Notes: generated from the sequence alone by a model not told the origin. A stretch of DNA of 64,000 nt from Planctomycetota bacterium (GCA_046290465.1 JBKAGP010000001.1:1120001-1184000); one strand, 5' to 3'. Counted from the first letter of the stretch, positions 1 through 12,174 are shown. Numbers and translations: made by a program.

Positions 1-2
1 GC

Positions 3-2378
3 GTGTCGATTCCGGTCGACGTCGGCGTGCAGCGCATCGAGATCACCGCCGGCGATCCGCTGCACGTCATCGCAATCCGCCAGGACGAGAGCCAGGCGCG
101 CGACCGCACCAGCGAGTTCACCGACCTCGCGGACCTCGCGACCAACGACCGCATCAGCGAACTCGAGTCCGACCTCGTCGAGGCGCGCTCCAACCTGCAG
201 ATGACGATCGAGGAGCTCGAGTCTTCCAACGAAGAGCTGCAGAGCGCCAACGAGGAGCTGCTGGCGAGCAACGAGGAGCTACAGAGCACCAACGAAGAGC
301 TGCACTCCGTCAACGAGGAGCTGCACACCGTCAACGCCGAGTACCAGCGCAAGCTCGCCGAGCAGCACCTGCTGACGGCCGACATGGAGCACCTGCTGCA
401 GACCACCGACGTCGGCACGCTGTTCCTCGACTCGGACCTGCGCGTGCGACGCTACACCCCAGCGATCACCCGCGTGATCCCGCTGCTGCCTTCGGACCAG
501 GGCCGCCCGGTCGGCCACATCAAGCACCGCTTGCTCGACGTCGACCTCGAGCAGGTGGCTGCGCGCACCAAGAAGGACAAGCGCGTCGAACTGCAGGCGC
601 AGTCCTCCGACAACCTGACGTTCGAGCTGCGCTCGGTGCCCTACAACGACTTCGGCGACCACATCGACGGCGTCGTCATCACGCTGTTCGACGTGACCGC
701 GCTCGAGTGCGCCCGCCGCAAGGCGGCCGACGGCGAACGCATGTTCCAGCAGGTCGTCGCCAACATCGACGAAGCGATCTGGATCCGCAATCGCGACAAC
801 GGGGCGTTCCTCTACCTCAGCCCGGTCGCCGAAGGCCTGCTCGGCCGCGCGACCGCGGACCTGATGGACTCCCCCGATCTGTGGATGCACGCAGTGCACG
901 AGGACGACCGCGAGCGCGTCGAGTCCGCCTACCGTCGCGGCCTAGAGAAGGGCATCATCCAGCTCGAGTACCGGGTCTGCACGCCCGACGGACAGCTTCG
1001 CTGGATCCGCGACCGCGCCTTCCCGATGGTCGAGAACGGCCAGGAGCGGGTCGAAAAGCTCGCCGGGGTCACCACCGACATCACCATTGCCAAGCAGACC
1101 GAGGACGAACTGCGCGACCATGCGCAGAGCATGTCTCGGCTGGCGCTGGTCGATGCGCTGACCGGGCTGTCGAACCGGCGGGCGTTCGACGACCACCTCA
1201 CCGCCGAGGTCACGCGCGCCCGGCGCAACGGCGACCCGCTGGCCGCGGTGCTGATCGACTGCGACAACTTCAAGGAGATCAACGATCGCCACGGCCACAA
1301 CGCCGGCGACGACGTGCTGCGCGAGGTTGCCAACCGGCTGGCGCACGCGCTGCGTCCGACCGACGTGCTGTCCCGGATCGGCGGCGACGAGTTCGTCGCG
1401 CTGCTGCCGGCAACGCGCAACGCCGAAGCGCTGCGGGTCGCCGAGCGCATGCGCCACACGATCGCCGACAAGCCGGTGTTCGCCGCCGGCCACGACCTGC
1501 AGGTCACCGTCAGCATCGGCGTCGACGCCGTCAACACCGAATCGACGTCGACCAGCGCCGTGTTGTCCGACCTGCACCACGGCCTTGGCCGCAGCAAGGC
1601 ACTCGGCAAGAACCGCGTGCTCGATGCACGCGGCGACGGCGTGACGCCGATGTACCCCGACCAGCTGCGCGCGATGCTGCGCAACCCGCAGGCGATCCGG
1701 GTCGTGGCCCAGGCGATCCACGACCTCGCCGACGACAGCATCGTCGGCTACGAGCTGCTGAGCCGCGGCCCGGCCGGCGACTACGAGTCCCCCGACGCAC
1801 TGTTCCGACTGGCGACCGACTTCGACATGCTGACGGTGGTCGACAAGCACTGCCTGCAGGAGTGCCTGCTGGTAGCCAACGCGGTGCTCGCGGCCGACCC
1901 CAACCACCGCGTACACCTCAACGCGTTCCCCGCGACCCTGCTCGAAGAGCGCGGCAACGGCCTGCACGACGCGTTCCGCAAGATCACCTCGCTCGGGCGT
2001 GTCTGCCTCGAGATCAGCGAACAGCAGGTCGTCGGCGAGCCGACCTACCTGCGCGAAGACCTGGCGGAGCTACGGCGCCTGGGCATGAAGGTCGCGATCG
2101 ACGACGTCGGCTTCGGCCGCAGTTCGCTCGAATCGCTGATCCTGCTCGAGCCGGACGTGATCAAGATCGACCGCGCGTTCGTCAAGGGCGTCAGCCAGGA
2201 GCCGGCGCGGCGCCAGTCGCTCAACCGCCTGCTCAACGTCTCGCGCGGGCTGGCGACCGAGGTCGTCGCCGAAGGCGTCGAGACCCGCGAGGACTCGAAG
2301 GCACTCGCTGACCTGGGGGTCAAGCTCGCCCAGGGCTTCCTGTGGGACCGGCCGGCACCGCTGCCGTCCAAGAACTAG
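3..2378 (+). CDS. PAS-PAS-GGDEF-EAL diguanylate cyclase/phosphodiesterase with CheB/CheR-fusion-type coiled coil; probably truncated by the window edge
   Basis: [17 protein letters not shown] heptad repeat, PAS_10-like [16 protein letters not shown] (VHEDDRERV), [47 protein letters not shown]; frame open from the window start. Confidence 0.9.
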   Translation: MSIPVDVGVQRIEITAGDPLHVIAIRQDESQARDRTSEFTDLADLATNDRISELESDLVEARSNLQMTIEELESSNEELQSANEELLASNEELQSTNEELHSVNEELHTVNAEYQRKLAEQHLLTADMEHLLQTTDVGTLFLDSDLRVRRYTPAITRVIPLLPSDQGRPVGHIKHRLLDVDLEQVAARTKKDKRVELQAQSSDNLTFELRSVPYNDFGDHIDGVVITLFDVTALECARRKAADGERMFQQVVANIDEAIWIRNRDNGAFLYLSPVAEGLLGRATADLMDSPDLWMHAVHEDDRERVESAYRRGLEKGIIQLEYRVCTPDGQLRWIRDRAFPMVENGQERVEKLAGVTTDITIAKQTEDELRDHAQSMSRLALVDALTGLSNRRAFDDHLTAEVTRARRNGDPLAAVLIDCDNFKEINDRHGHNAGDDVLREVANRLAHALRPTDVLSRIGGDEFVALLPATRNAEALRVAERMRHTIADKPVFAAGHDLQVTVSIGVDAVNTESTSTSAVLSDLHHGLGRSKALGKNRVLDARGDGVTPMYPDQLRAMLRNPQAIRVVAQAIHDLADDSIVGYELLSRGPAGDYESPDALFRLATDFDMLTVVDKHCLQECLLVANAVLAADPNHRVHLNAFPATLLEERGNGLHDAFRKITSLGRVCLEISEQQVVGEPTYLREDLAELRRLGMKVAIDDVGFGRSSLESLILLEPDVIKIDRAFVKGVSQEPARRQSLNRLLNVSRGLATEVVAEGVETREDSKALADLGVKLAQGFLWDRPAPLPSKN

Positions 2379-2421
2379 CGAGAACCCGGCTGGAGCGGCC
2401 CGGCCATCGGCCGGTCGCCGC

Positions 2422-5028
2422 TCACGAACTGGCCTCGCCCGCGGCCGGCTCATCGCCATCGCGCCGCTGCGGCTCGTGCTTCGGCCGCTGGTCCAGCAGC
2501 CGTCGCAGCGGCGCCGATTCGAGCAGCGTAACGACCAGGCCCCCACCCGACTCGTGTTCGACCTCGTAGGGCACCGCGCGCAGGATGAACTCGGCTCCGT
2601 CCTCTGCCGTGACCGCCTCTTCGCAGGGCGCACCCGACTCCAGCACCGCGCGCAGCGCCTGCCATAGGTCGAACGAGTCGAGCCGGTGTGCTAGGTCGGT
2701 CACCTGCCGACCGATGTCGTGCATCGACACGCGCACCAGCGCCGTGATCCCGGGCGTGAACTTGCGGATGTGCAGGTCGGCGTCGAGGAACATCGTCGAC
2801 ATCGGCGTGTTGCGCAGCAGGTTCTCGACGTCGTTGTTGAGGTCGGTCAGCTCCTGGATCTTGTTCTGGTGCTCGGCGTTGACGGTGTAGAGCTCTTCGT
2901 TGACCGACTGCAGCTCCTCGTTGGTGCTCTGTAACTCCTCGTTGCTCGCCATCAACTCCTCGTTGGTCGCCTGGTGCTCCTCGTTGGCGGTCTCGAGCTC
3001 CTCGACGCTCGACTTCAACGACTCACGCGCCTGCTGCAGTTCCTGCTCCAGCGCGCGGATGCGCGAGGCGACGTGGTCGTCCACGGTGAACGGCTGCGGA
3101 TCTCCGCGCGGCACCGACTCGGCATCCTCGAACAGCACGATCATCAGCGAGATGCCACCTTCTCCCTTCGCCGGGATCAGCGACATGTCGACCAACGACG
3201 GTGCGCCGGCCTCCGACTCGGGCATCGCGATGTCGCTGTAGCGCACCACCCCGCCACCGTCCTTGGCCTTCTGCATCGCGGTGCCGAACGGCAGCACCAG
3301 CGGATTGCGCAGGATGCGCGAGAACTCAGCCGAGCCGGCCCCTTCCGGGACCTGGGTGAACAGTGCGCCCTTGCCGAACACGTGCAGCAGTTCGCCGTCG
3401 AACCCGACCAGGAAGCAGGCTGAGCGGCGGCCGTGCAGCAAGGCGCGGAAGGCCTGCACCATCAGGTCGTCGCGGACCGGCACCTCGCGGACCGGCCGCG
3501 GCGGCTCGCGTCGCTTCGCCGGCATGATCGGCTCCATCAACGACAGCGACGGCCGCCGCCCCTCGTGCCGCAGTACCACGTTGCGGCGCTTGCTGTAGAC
3601 CTTCCAACGCGTATCGAGGCACTTGAACTCGGGATCGAGGTCGCCGCAGGTCTCCGCAGCCCCCAGCAGCAGCCCGCCGTCGACCCGCAGCGCGAAGTGC
3701 AGCGTCGCCAACACGCGGTACTGCAGCTCCTGCTCCATGTAGATCAGCGCGTTGCGGCACGTGACCAGATCCATGTTGGTCAGCGGCGCGTCGCGGTTGA
3801 GGTTGTGCTCGGCGAAGATCACCGACTCGCGCACGCGTCGGCTGACGCGGAACGACGAGCCGTCCTGCACGAAGTACTTGCCGAGCAGATCGACCGGGAC
3901 CTCGTCACGGATCGAGAACGAATAGACGCCGGTCGCTGCGGTCTCGAGGGCCCGCTTGTCGATGTCGGTGGCGAAGATCTTGAGGTCCAGCTGTCGGCCC
4001 GCCGCCTCGAAGCACTCGAACAGCACGATCGCGAGCGTATAGACCTCCTCGCCGGTCGAGCACGCGGTCACCCAACAGCGAATCGGCCCCTCCTCGACGT
4101 TGGCGACCAGCGGTTCGAGGAAGTTCCGCCGCAGGCTCTTCCACGCATCGGCATCGCGAAAGAACGCCGTCACGCCGATCAGCAGGTCGCTGCGCAGTGC
4201 GGCGCGTTCCTGCGAGTCGTCGGCGAGGCGCCGCACGTAGTCCTCGATGCCCCGCGCACCGGTGATCGAGACGCGGCGCGAGATCCGCCGCGAGATCGTG
4301 CCGGTCCGGTAGTGCGTGAAGTCGATCGTGCTGTCCTGCCGTAGCATCGCGACGATCTCGCGCAGCACGTTGGGATCGGCCGCGCCCTCGACGATCGGCC
4401 CCTCGGGCGTGTCGACGCCCATGCGCTGCACGTAGGCCTCGACCGTGCGCGCCAGCTCATCGGGCGGCAGCGCCGAGTGCGCCGAACCGGACGCGAGCGC
4501 GCTGCGCGGCATGCCGTCGAACTGCGCGGTCTCCGGCGACTGCACCAACACCAGGCCGCCGGCCTCATTGATCGCGCGCACCCCGCGCGCACCGTCGGAG
4601 CCGGCGCCCGACAGCACCACGGCGATCGAACGTTCGCGCATCTCCTTGGCCAGCGACTCGAAGAACTGGTCGATCGGGTACTGCAACGCCCGCGGCCCGC
4701 TCAGGTCCTGGTCGAACAACCGCAGGCAGCCGTCGCGCAGCACCATGTTCTTCTTGGGCGGGATCAGGTAGACGCAGCCCGGCTCGCACCGCATGCCGTC
4801 CTCGGCCTGCGCGACGCGCATGCTGGTGTGCCGCTCGAGCAGGTCGCGCATCAGGCTCTTGAAGTCCGGCGACAGGTGCTGCACGACCACGTAGGCGGCG
4901 CCCGAGCCGTCGCCCAGCGCCGTGAAGAACCGCTCGAGCGGTTCGAAGCCGCCCGCCGACGCCCCGACGCCGACCAGATAGAAGTTCGTCGGCAGGGCTG
5001 CGCCCGCCTTGCTGGCTTTCTCGCTCAC
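2422..5028 (-). CDS. CheB methylesterase/CheR methyltransferase/PAS fusion without output domain
   Basis: GASAGG, VVQHL, GSDG (CheB triad); [22 protein letters not shown] (CheR); NEELQS coiled coil; GTG at 5028 after AGGAG, overlapping the upstream TGA. Confidence 0.9.
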   Translation of the reverse strand: MSEKASKAGAALPTNFYLVGVGASAGGFEPLERFFTALGDGSGAAYVVVQHLSPDFKSLMRDLLERHTSMRVAQAEDGMRCEPGCVYLIPPKKNMVLRDGCLRLFDQDLSGPRALQYPIDQFFESLAKEMRERSIAVVLSGAGSDGARGVRAINEAGGLVLVQSPETAQFDGMPRSALASGSAHSALPPDELARTVEAYVQRMGVDTPEGPIVEGAADPNVLREIVAMLRQDSTIDFTHYRTGTISRRISRRVSITGARGIEDYVRRLADDSQERAALRSDLLIGVTAFFRDADAWKSLRRNFLEPLVANVEEGPIRCWVTACSTGEEVYTLAIVLFECFEAAGRQLDLKIFATDIDKRALETAATGVYSFSIRDEVPVDLLGKYFVQDGSSFRVSRRVRESVIFAEHNLNRDAPLTNMDLVTCRNALIYMEQELQYRVLATLHFALRVDGGLLLGAAETCGDLDPEFKCLDTRWKVYSKRRNVVLRHEGRRPSLSLMEPIMPAKRREPPRPVREVPVRDDLMVQAFRALLHGRRSACFLVGFDGELLHVFGKGALFTQVPEGAGSAEFSRILRNPLVLPFGTAMQKAKDGGGVVRYSDIAMPESEAGAPSLVDMSLIPAKGEGGISLMIVLFEDAESVPRGDPQPFTVDDHVASRIRALEQELQQARESLKSSVEELETANEEHQATNEELMASNEELQSTNEELQSVNEELYTVNAEHQNKIQELTDLNNDVENLLRNTPMSTMFLDADLHIRKFTPGITALVRVSMHDIGRQVTDLAHRLDSFDLWQALRAVLESGAPCEEAVTAEDGAEFILRAVPYEVEHESGGGLVVTLLESAPLRRLLDQRPKHEPQRRDGDEPAAGEASS

Positions 5029-6182
5029 GATGTCGCTCCTGGTCCAGGTGTCGGCACGAGGCCGTCTGCGAGCCGGATGAAGGTGGTATGTCGCCCGTTG
5101 TCGGCCTTGCCGAACCACAGCGAGCCGCCGTGCCGTTCGACGATCCGCCGGCAGATCGCGACGTCCAGGGACGGTGCGGTCGTCTTGTCGTCGCCTACGC
5201 CGAACGACACCGCAGCACGCTCGCTGGGATCGGGTTCGTCGCCGGGATCCTCGAAACCGAACAACCACTCGCTGCGGGAGCGCGTGACGGTCACCTCGAC
5301 GTCGACCTCGACTCCGACTCCGCAACGACGCACCGATCGCGCAATCAAGCGCCGGAACAGCAGACGCAGTTGCTGGCCGTCGCCGACGATCACCGGCAGG
5401 CTGCCGCTGCGCACGGCCCCATCGCGCAACGGGCAGTTCGCCGCGACCTCGCGCAGGGCGTCGTCGAACACCAGGCTCAGGTCGACCTCGGCGAACGGGC
5501 TGCCGACGGACGACACGCGCGAGAGGTCCAACGCCTCGGTGACCAGCGTTCCGGCACGGCGCGCTCCCTCGAGGCTGGCGCGCGCGTAGTTGCTGAGCAT
5601 GCGGTCCTTGGCGATCGTGCCGTTGCTCAGCAGCAGGCCGCAGTAGTGCTGCACGACCTGCAGCGGCGTCGCGAGCACGTTGGCGATCATCGACGCGTAA
5701 TGCTCGAGTTCGCGGTTCTCGCGCATCGACTGCACCAGCTCGGCCGCGCGCTGGCGTTCGGCCTGCTCGGCCGCGCGCCGCGCCAGCACCCGCTCGACGG
5801 TCGCCGGCACCAGCTGCACGAAGCCGCCGTCGGCGTCCTTGATCAGGTAGTCGCAGGCTCCCGCACGCAGCGCCTGCACCGCGACGTGCTCGCTACCCTG
5901 CCCGGTCATGACGATCACCGGCAAACCGCGCGCGAACGCCACCAGGTCGGTCCCGAACCCGTCCGGCAGCACGTAGTCCGCGATCACCGCCACCAACGTC
6001 GGATCGTCGAGCGCCGCGATCGCGTCGCCGCAGCTGCTGACGCAGCGAAAGCGGTACGGATGCTGGTCGCGTTCGACCTGTCGCTCGAGTCCTTCGAGGA
6101 TCGTCGGGTCGTCGTCGACCGCGAGCACCGTCACGCTCCGCGGGAGGCCCGCTGGCAGGGCCGTGGCTTCGAGCCGCTCCAT
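5025..6182 (-). CDS. Response regulator receiver fused to a degenerate histidine kinase core
   Basis: REC motifs VDDD, ADYVLPD, MTG, YLIK; HisKA/HATPase-like C-terminus with H, N, G1 and G2 boxes altered. Confidence 0.8.
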   Translation of the reverse strand: MERLEATALPAGLPRSVTVLAVDDDPTILEGLERQVERDQHPYRFRCVSSCGDAIAALDDPTLVAVIADYVLPDGFGTDLVAFARGLPVIVMTGQGSEHVAVQALRAGACDYLIKDADGGFVQLVPATVERVLARRAAEQAERQRAAELVQSMRENRELEHYASMIANVLATPLQVVQHYCGLLLSNGTIAKDRMLSNYARASLEGARRAGTLVTEALDLSRVSSVGSPFAEVDLSLVFDDALREVAANCPLRDGAVRSGSLPVIVGDGQQLRLLFRRLIARSVRRCGVGVEVDVEVTVTRSRSEWLFGFEDPGDEPDPSERAAVSFGVGDDKTTAPSLDVAICRRIVERHGGSLWFGKADNGRHTTFIRLADGLVPTPGPGATS

Positions 6183-6240
6183 CGCAGCCGATCGTATCAG
6201 GTCGGCGCCGTGCGCCGGCAGCCAACCCCGATTTCGCGGC

Positions 6241-6657
6241 CTACTTGCCTGCGACCAGCGAGTCGAGGAAGCGCACGTATTCGGCCCCGTCCGACGGCTT
6301 GACGACGTAGCCGTCGGCGCCGACCTGGTCGGCCCGCTCGCGGTCGGCCGGCCGGTCGGAGTTCGAGAACATCACCACCATCGGCAGCTCGGTGAAGGCC
6401 GGCATCGCGCGCACCGCCTCGACGACCTCGAAGCCGTCCATCGTCGGCATGCGCACGTCGAGCAGCACCAGCGACGGATAGCGGTCGGTCTGGCCGGCGA
6501 TCGCCTGCAGGTATTCGATCAGCGCCTCGCCGGAGCTGAACGTGCGCAGCGGGTTCTGCACCCTCGAGGAGCGCAGGTAGCGCTCGATCAGCATCAGCTC
6601 GACGTCGTCGTCGTCGACGAACACGAGCTCGTTGTCATCATGGATGCGTGCGGCCAT
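6241..6657 (-). CDS. Single-domain response regulator
   Basis: FVDDDD, LLDVRMPTMDG, FSNS, YVVKP; GGAG upstream of ATG 6657. Confidence 0.9.
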   Translation of the reverse strand: MAARIHDDNELVFVDDDDVELMLIERYLRSSRVQNPLRTFSSGEALIEYLQAIAGQTDRYPSLVLLDVRMPTMDGFEVVEAVRAMPAFTELPMVVMFSNSDRPADRERADQVGADGYVVKPSDGAEYVRFLDSLVAGK

Positions 6658-8536
6658 CACTCTCCTCCTGGAACGTAAAGCGGAACTGCACGGAGTCATG
6701 CTCCGATTCGACGCGGATCCGGCCTCGGTGCCGGTCGACGACCTTCTTGGCGATGCTGAGTCCGACCCCGCTGCCTTCCGACTCCGCCGACTTGCGGAAC
6801 ATCTTGAACGCGTCGGCCAGCTTGCTCGCCGGGATCGACGAGCCGGTGTTGCGCACCCCGAACACCCAGCCTCGGCCCGGTTCTTCGCCGGCGGTGAACG
6901 CCAGCTCGAAGCCGTCGACCGGCGTGTGCCGCAGGGCGTTCTGGATCAGGTTCTGGTAGAGCCGTTCGACCAGCTTGGGGTAGACCTCGGGCTCGAACGG
7001 CACCGGCTCGATCCGCACCCGCACCCCGCGCCGCGCGATCTCGTCGCGGTGCGGCGCCAGCGCCCGCTCGATCAGCGCCACCAGGTCCGTCGGCACCCGC
7101 ACCAGGTTGCCCTCCTCGACGCGGGTCAGCTCGCGGAAGTCGTCGAACATCGACTGCATCTCGCGCGAACACTGCGAGACCAGGGCCAGCAGTTGCTGCC
7201 GCGCTCCGGCATCGGTCTCGCCGTGGACCAGGTCGATCAGGTTGCGCTGCTTGCGCAGCGGCTCGCGCAGGTCGTGCGCCGCGATGTGCACGAAGTGCTC
7301 GAGGTCCTCGTTGGCACGCTCGAGGCGCAAGTTGCTCTGCTGCAGCGCGGCTTCGTTGCGCTGGATCTCATCCGCCATGCGACGGAACGCGCGCGCCAGT
7401 TCGCCGACCTCGTCCCCGAGCTTCATCGGCAGCTCCGGGATCTGCTCCCCGGCCTGCAGGCGCTCGGCCGCCCGGGTCAGGGTCTGCAGGGGCCGCGTCT
7501 GCCAGCGGCCGGTCAGCAGACTGAGCGCGAGCGCGCCGACGACCAGCAGCAGGGTGACCAGCGCGAGCTGCTGGAACACTTCGACGCCGCCGCGTGCGAT
7601 CTCCTCGCCCGACGACTCGAAGCCGACCAGCACGAAGCGGTCGGGCGGCCCCGCGCCGAGCGGCAGCCGGCGGAAGCCGAGCACCCGACCCGAGAACAGC
7701 CCGCCGCCGTCGAGCAGTTCGACGTAGGTGTCGTCGTCGTCGTCGCCGTCGCCGTCGAGCAACCCGGCGAACTCCGGGTGGGTGTCCTGCAGCCGGTGAC
7801 GGTCCCCCAGCTCGAATCCGAATCGCATGTCGGCGTCCGGGTGCCAGAGGTAGTCGCCCCGGTCGTTGGTCACGTACAGCGCCCGGCCGTCGCGGTCGAG
7901 GTCGAACAACGAGGCCAGCAGCACGCCGAAGTGCAGGTTGACGACCGCGACGCCGAGCGGGTGACCGGCGCCATCGTCGATCCGGACCGCTGCGCGCAAC
8001 ATCGGCCGATGCGGCTCCTCGATGATCCCGCCCTCGCGGTTGAGCGTGATCGACGACAGGTAGACCTGCTCCGGCGCCGTCGCGATCGCCTCCTGGAAGT
8101 AGGGCCGCGACGATTTGTCCTGCAGATCCTGCGCCGGTGTGCGCCACACCCTGCCGTCGAGACGGTTGACGCGCACCAGTTCGCGGCCGTCGCGGCCGAG
8201 CAGACGGATCTGCTTCTGGTAGGCCTTCGACTGCGACATGCGCTCGAACACCTGCGCCAGCTGCTCGCGTTCGGCGAGGCGCTCGTCGCCGGTCGCGGCC
8301 CCCTGCACGACCGTGCGCGACTGCGGCAGGTTGGCGATCACCCGGACGTCGTTCTGCAGCTCGACCAGCGCCGTCCCGAGTCGCTGGGTGGCGCTCTGCA
8401 CCAGCTGCTCGAGCGCCGACCGCTGCTGCTCGGTGACGACGACGCGGAACCCGGTCAACAGCACCGCGCCGATCGCCAGCGCCGTGACCAGCACCGCGCC
8501 GGTGGTCAGGAATCGGATGCGATGGACGGCGTACAT
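6638..8536 (-). CDS. Membrane sensor histidine kinase (Cache-like sensor, HAMP, HisKA, HATPase)
   Basis: Two TM segments, DKSSRPYF, HAMP DEVGELARAF, AAHDLREPL, NLIQNALRH, GSGVGLSI; start uncertain (8536 or 8569). Confidence 0.9.
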   Translation of the reverse strand: MYAVHRIRFLTTGAVLVTALAIGAVLLTGFRVVVTEQQRSALEQLVQSATQRLGTALVELQNDVRVIANLPQSRTVVQGAATGDERLAEREQLAQVFERMSQSKAYQKQIRLLGRDGRELVRVNRLDGRVWRTPAQDLQDKSSRPYFQEAIATAPEQVYLSSITLNREGGIIEEPHRPMLRAAVRIDDGAGHPLGVAVVNLHFGVLLASLFDLDRDGRALYVTNDRGDYLWHPDADMRFGFELGDRHRLQDTHPEFAGLLDGDGDDDDDTYVELLDGGGLFSGRVLGFRRLPLGAGPPDRFVLVGFESSGEEIARGGVEVFQQLALVTLLLVVGALALSLLTGRWQTRPLQTLTRAAERLQAGEQIPELPMKLGDEVGELARAFRRMADEIQRNEAALQQSNLRLERANEDLEHFVHIAAHDLREPLRKQRNLIDLVHGETDAGARQQLLALVSQCSREMQSMFDDFRELTRVEEGNLVRVPTDLVALIERALAPHRDEIARRGVRVRIEPVPFEPEVYPKLVERLYQNLIQNALRHTPVDGFELAFTAGEEPGRGWVFGVRNTGSSIPASKLADAFKMFRKSAESEGSGVGLSIAKKVVDRHRGRIRVESEHDSVQFRFTFQEESDGRTHP

Positions 8537-8762
8537 GGCATGGGCGGCCTTTGCGGCGCCGGCCGGCAACGGCAGCGGCCCGGCGTCGCCGTCACACCCG
8601 CATTATCCACGACCACGTTGCCCGGGACCATGCTGGTGGCGCGAAGAAGCACACCGATCCGGATCGCATCCGGTGCCCGTCCCATCACATGGTGTCCGAA
8701 GTGCGAAGCTACGGACGCACCCCCGCGACGTGCATCGGCGTCGGCCCATCGGGCCAGCAGGC

Positions 8763-8847
8763 CCAGGATCGCAGCCAGACCAGGATCGCAGCCAGACCAG
8801 GATCGCAGCCAGGCCAGGATCGCAGCCAGGCCAGGATCGCAGCCAGG
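8763..8847. repeat. 17-bp tandem repeat CCAGGATCGCAGCCAG(A/G) x5
   Basis: Five contiguous copies read directly, abutting the folE stop. Confidence 0.95.
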
Positions 8848-8848
8848 C

Positions 8849-9418
8849 CTAGGAGCGACTGTCCCGCACCAGCTTCAAGAACTCCGTGCGCGTGCGCTCG
8901 TCGCGCCGGAACAGCCCGCGCAGGCACGACGTCACGGTGCTCGAGTTCTGCTTCTCGACGCCGCGCATCATCATGCACAGGTGCGAGGCCTCGATCACGA
9001 CCCCCACCCCCCGCGGCTGCATCACGTCTTCGAGCGCCGCGGCAATCTGCATCGTCAGCCGTTCCTGCACCTGGAGCCGGCGGGCATAGATGTCGACGAT
9101 GCGCGCGATCTTGGACAGGCCGATGATCTTGTCCGACGGAATGTAGGCGACGTGGGCCTTGCCGAAGAACGGCGCCAGGTGGTGCTCGCAGAGCGAGTAG
9201 AGCTCGATGTTCTTGACCAGCACCATCTCGTCGGTCTCGGCCTCGAACACGCCCGTGCCGATGACGTCCTTGGGGTCCTGGGAGTAGCCGATCGTGTAGG
9301 CCTCGAACGCCTTCTGCACGCGCCGCGGCGTGTCGCGCAGGCCCTCGCGATCCGGCTCCGGATCGAGCTGCCGCAGCATCGCGGCGACGTGTTGCTGGAA
9401 CTCTTCGGGGGCGTTCAT
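8849..9418 (-). CDS. folE: GTP cyclohydrolase I
   Basis: [50 protein letters not shown]. Confidence 0.97.
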   Translation of the reverse strand: MNAPEEFQQHVAAMLRQLDPEPDREGLRDTPRRVQKAFEAYTIGYSQDPKDVIGTGVFEAETDEMVLVKNIELYSLCEHHLAPFFGKAHVAYIPSDKIIGLSKIARIVDIYARRLQVQERLTMQIAAALEDVMQPRGVGVVIEASHLCMMMRGVEKQNSSTVTSCLRGLFRRDERTRTEFLKLVRDSRS

Positions 9419-11106
9419 TCGATCGTCTCGCGCAGCAGTTCTTCGACCGTGGTCGAGCCGTCGAACACCGCCTTCAGGCCGTTCTCGCGCAGCGTCGCCA
9501 TGCCGTTCTCGACGGCGGCCTCCTGCACCTGCGTGGTGCTCGCGCCATCGAGGATCAGCTCGCGGATGCGGTCGGTCACCTCGAGCACCTCGGTGATCGC
9601 CATCCGCCCGCGGTAGCCGGTGAAGTTGCAGACCTCGCAGCCCTTGCCGTAGGCGAACTTGCTGCCGACGACCTGGTCGGCGGTCAGCTTGAGCCGGCGC
9701 AAGATGTCGTCGCCCGGTTCGTAGAACGTCTTGCAGTCCTTGCAGACGCGGCGGACCAGGCGCTGGGCCAGGATGCCCTGCACCGTCGCCGTCAGCAGGA
9801 ACGGCTCGATACCGATGTCGATCAGGCGGGTGATCGCGCTCGGCGAGTCGTTGGTGTGCAGCGTCGAGAACACCAGGTGGCCGGTCAGGCTCGCCTCGAT
9901 GGCGGTCTGCGCGGTCTCCTGGTCACGGATCTCGCCGACCAGGATCACGTCCGGGTCCTGGCGCAGGATCGTGCGCAGCACGCCCGAGTAGGTCACCCCG
10001 ATTTCCTCGTTGACCGGCACCTGCACGATGCCCTCGAGGTCGTACTCGACCGGGTCCTCGACGGTGATCACCTTGGTGTTGACGTCGTTGGCCTCGTTGA
10101 GCACCGCGTAGAGCGTGGTGGTCTTGCCGGAGCCCGTCGGGCCCGTCACCAGCACGATGCCGTGCGGCAGGTCGGCGAAGTCGCGCATCCGGTCGCGCAC
10201 GCTCGCGACCAGGCCGAGGTTGTCGAGGCTCAGCGACACGTTGCTGCGGTCGAGGATCCGCATCACCGTCGACTCGCCGAACATCGTCGGCAGCGTCGAC
10301 ACACGCAGGTCGACCGAACGGCCGCCGACGGTCAGCTCGATGCGGCCGTCCTGCGGCAGCCGGGTCTCGGCGATGTCGAGGTCGCTCATCACCTTGATGC
10401 GCGCGATCAGCGCCTCGGCCAGGTGCGGCGGCGGCGCCTCGAGTTCGAACAGCGAACCGTCGACGCGGTAGCGGATCTTGAAGTCGTGCTCGAACGGCTC
10501 CAGGTGGATGTCGGACGCGCGGTCGCGGATCGCCTGGTAGAGGATGTAGTTGAGCAGCTTGACGACGGGAGCCGCCGCGGCCATCGCCGCCTTGTCCTCG
10601 AGGTCGATCTTGCCGCCCTGCTGCGACAGCTCACTGACCAGCTCGGCCATGCGCGCCTTGCTCTCGGCGGCGTCCTCCTGGTAGTGCTTGTCGAGGCCTT
10701 CGGTGATCTTGGCCTGGTCGGCGACCGTGCCGACGATCTCACAGCCGGTGGTGAACCCGAGGTCCTGCAGCATCGGCGCGTTGGCCGGATCGGCCATCGC
10801 GACGGTCAGCGTGGTGCCCTCGAGGCGCACCGGCAGGATCCCGAACGCGCGCGCCGTGGCCAGGTCGATCTTCGCGATCGCGTCGGGCTGCGGCGGCTCC
10901 GCGTCGAGATCGTGGAACCTCAGCCCGGCCTGTTCGGCCAGCGCCTTGGCCACGTCGATCTTCTCGACGCACTTCATGTCGACGAGGATCTCGCCGAACA
11001 GGCCGCCGCGGTCGCGCTGCAGCTGCAGCGCCTCCTGCACCATGCCCTCGTGGATCAGGCCGTTCTCCTTCAGGATCTGGCCCAGCAGTCGACGCGGTCC
11101 GGACAT
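9415..11106 (-). CDS. pilB: PilB/GspE-family assembly ATPase with N-terminal MshEN-like motif
   Basis: [52 protein letters not shown], tetracysteine motif. Confidence 0.9.
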   Translation of the reverse strand: MSGPRRLLGQILKENGLIHEGMVQEALQLQRDRGGLFGEILVDMKCVEKIDVAKALAEQAGLRFHDLDAEPPQPDAIAKIDLATARAFGILPVRLEGTTLTVAMADPANAPMLQDLGFTTGCEIVGTVADQAKITEGLDKHYQEDAAESKARMAELVSELSQQGGKIDLEDKAAMAAAAPVVKLLNYILYQAIRDRASDIHLEPFEHDFKIRYRVDGSLFELEAPPPHLAEALIARIKVMSDLDIAETRLPQDGRIELTVGGRSVDLRVSTLPTMFGESTVMRILDRSNVSLSLDNLGLVASVRDRMRDFADLPHGIVLVTGPTGSGKTTTLYAVLNEANDVNTKVITVEDPVEYDLEGIVQVPVNEEIGVTYSGVLRTILRQDPDVILVGEIRDQETAQTAIEASLTGHLVFSTLHTNDSPSAITRLIDIGIEPFLLTATVQGILAQRLVRRVCKDCKTFYEPGDDILRRLKLTADQVVGSKFAYGKGCEVCNFTGYRGRMAITEVLEVTDRIRELILDGASTTQVQEAAVENGMATLRENGLKAVFDGSTTVEELLRETIE

Positions 11107-11109
11107 GAA

Positions 11110-12174
11110 TTACTCCGCGGCTCCCCCACCCATGCGGGTGAGCAGGCCCTTGCTGTCGAAGGCGCGTTCGAGCGCGGTGTCCTGGTCGATGCGCCCTTCG
11201 CGGTAGAGATCGAGCAGGCAGTCGTCCATCAGCATCATGCCCTGGCGGCGGCTGGTCTGGATCACCGAGCCGATCTTGAACGTCTCGCACTTGCGGATGT
11301 GGTTCTCGATCGCCGGGTTGGTCAGCATCACCTCGAACGCCGCGACCCGGCCGCCGTCCGGCGTCGGGATCAGGATCTGCGAGATCACCGCGATCAGCGA
11401 CTGCGCCAGCTGCGAACGGATCTGCTCCTGCTGCTCGCGCGGATACTGGTCGATGATGCGGTCGACGGTCCGCGCCGCGCCGGTCGTGTGCAGCGTGCCG
11501 AACACCAAGTGGCCGGTCTCGGCCGCGGTGATCGCCGCCGAGGTGGTCTCGAGGTCGCGCATCTCGCCGAGCAGGATCACGTCCGGGTCCTGGCGCAGCG
11601 CGCGCCGCATCGCCTCGGCGAACGTGCTGACGTCGGTGCCGACCTCGCGCTGCGTCACCTGCGACTTCTGGTGCGAGTGGTAGTACTCGATCGGGTCCTC
11701 GATCGTGATGATGTGCACGTCGCGGTTCTTGTTGATCCAGTCGATCATCGTCGACAGCGTCGTGGTCTTGCCGGAGCCGGTCGGGCCGGTGACCAGGATC
11801 AGGCCGCGGTGCAGGTCGAGCAGGTCCTGCACCCGCTCGGGCAGGCCGATCTGGTCGAACGACAGCAGCTTCTGCGGGATCTGGCGCATCACGATGCCGC
11901 GCGAGCCCTTCTGGGTCAGCACGCTGACGCGGAAGCGGCACTTGTCCTGGTGCGCGACGCCGAAGTCGGTCGAACCGACCTCGAGCAGTTCGGCCCAGTT
12001 GTGGTCCGGCGCGAGCGCCTTCGCCATGCCTTCGGTGTCCTCGGGCGTCAGCGGAGCGTCGCCGATCTCGACCAGGCCGCCGCTGACGCGCAGCACCGGG
12101 CGGCGGCCGACGGAGATGTGGAGGTCGGAGGCGCCCTTTTGGTAGGCGACGTCCATCAATGCGTGGATGTCCAT
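11110..12174 (-). CDS. pilT: Type IV pilus retraction ATPase
   Basis: [54 protein letters not shown] (AIRNLIRE-like). Confidence 0.93.
   Translation of the reverse strand: MDIHALMDVAYQKGASDLHISVGRRPVLRVSGGLVEIGDAPLTPEDTEGMAKALAPDHNWAELLEVGSTDFGVAHQDKCRFRVSVLTQKGSRGIVMRQIPQKLLSFDQIGLPERVQDLLDLHRGLILVTGPTGSGKTTTLSTMIDWINKNRDVHIITIEDPIEYYHSHQKSQVTQREVGTDVSTFAEAMRRALRQDPDVILLGEMRDLETTSAAITAAETGHLVFGTLHTTGAARTVDRIIDQYPREQQEQIRSQLAQSLIAVISQILIPTPDGGRVAAFEVMLTNPAIENHIRKCETFKIGSVIQTSRRQGMMLMDDCLLDLYREGRIDQDTALERAFDSKGLLTRMGGGAAE

Noticed and set aside
6638..6900. G1 box NTGSSI in the sensor kinase as a sign of inactivity
   Set aside because: H, N and G2 boxes are intact and NxG variants occur in active kinases
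8763..8847. Tandem arrays here and at 12193, 15137 and 44992 as CRISPR arrays
   Set aside because: Units are contiguous with no unique spacers, most are too short, and no cas genes are present
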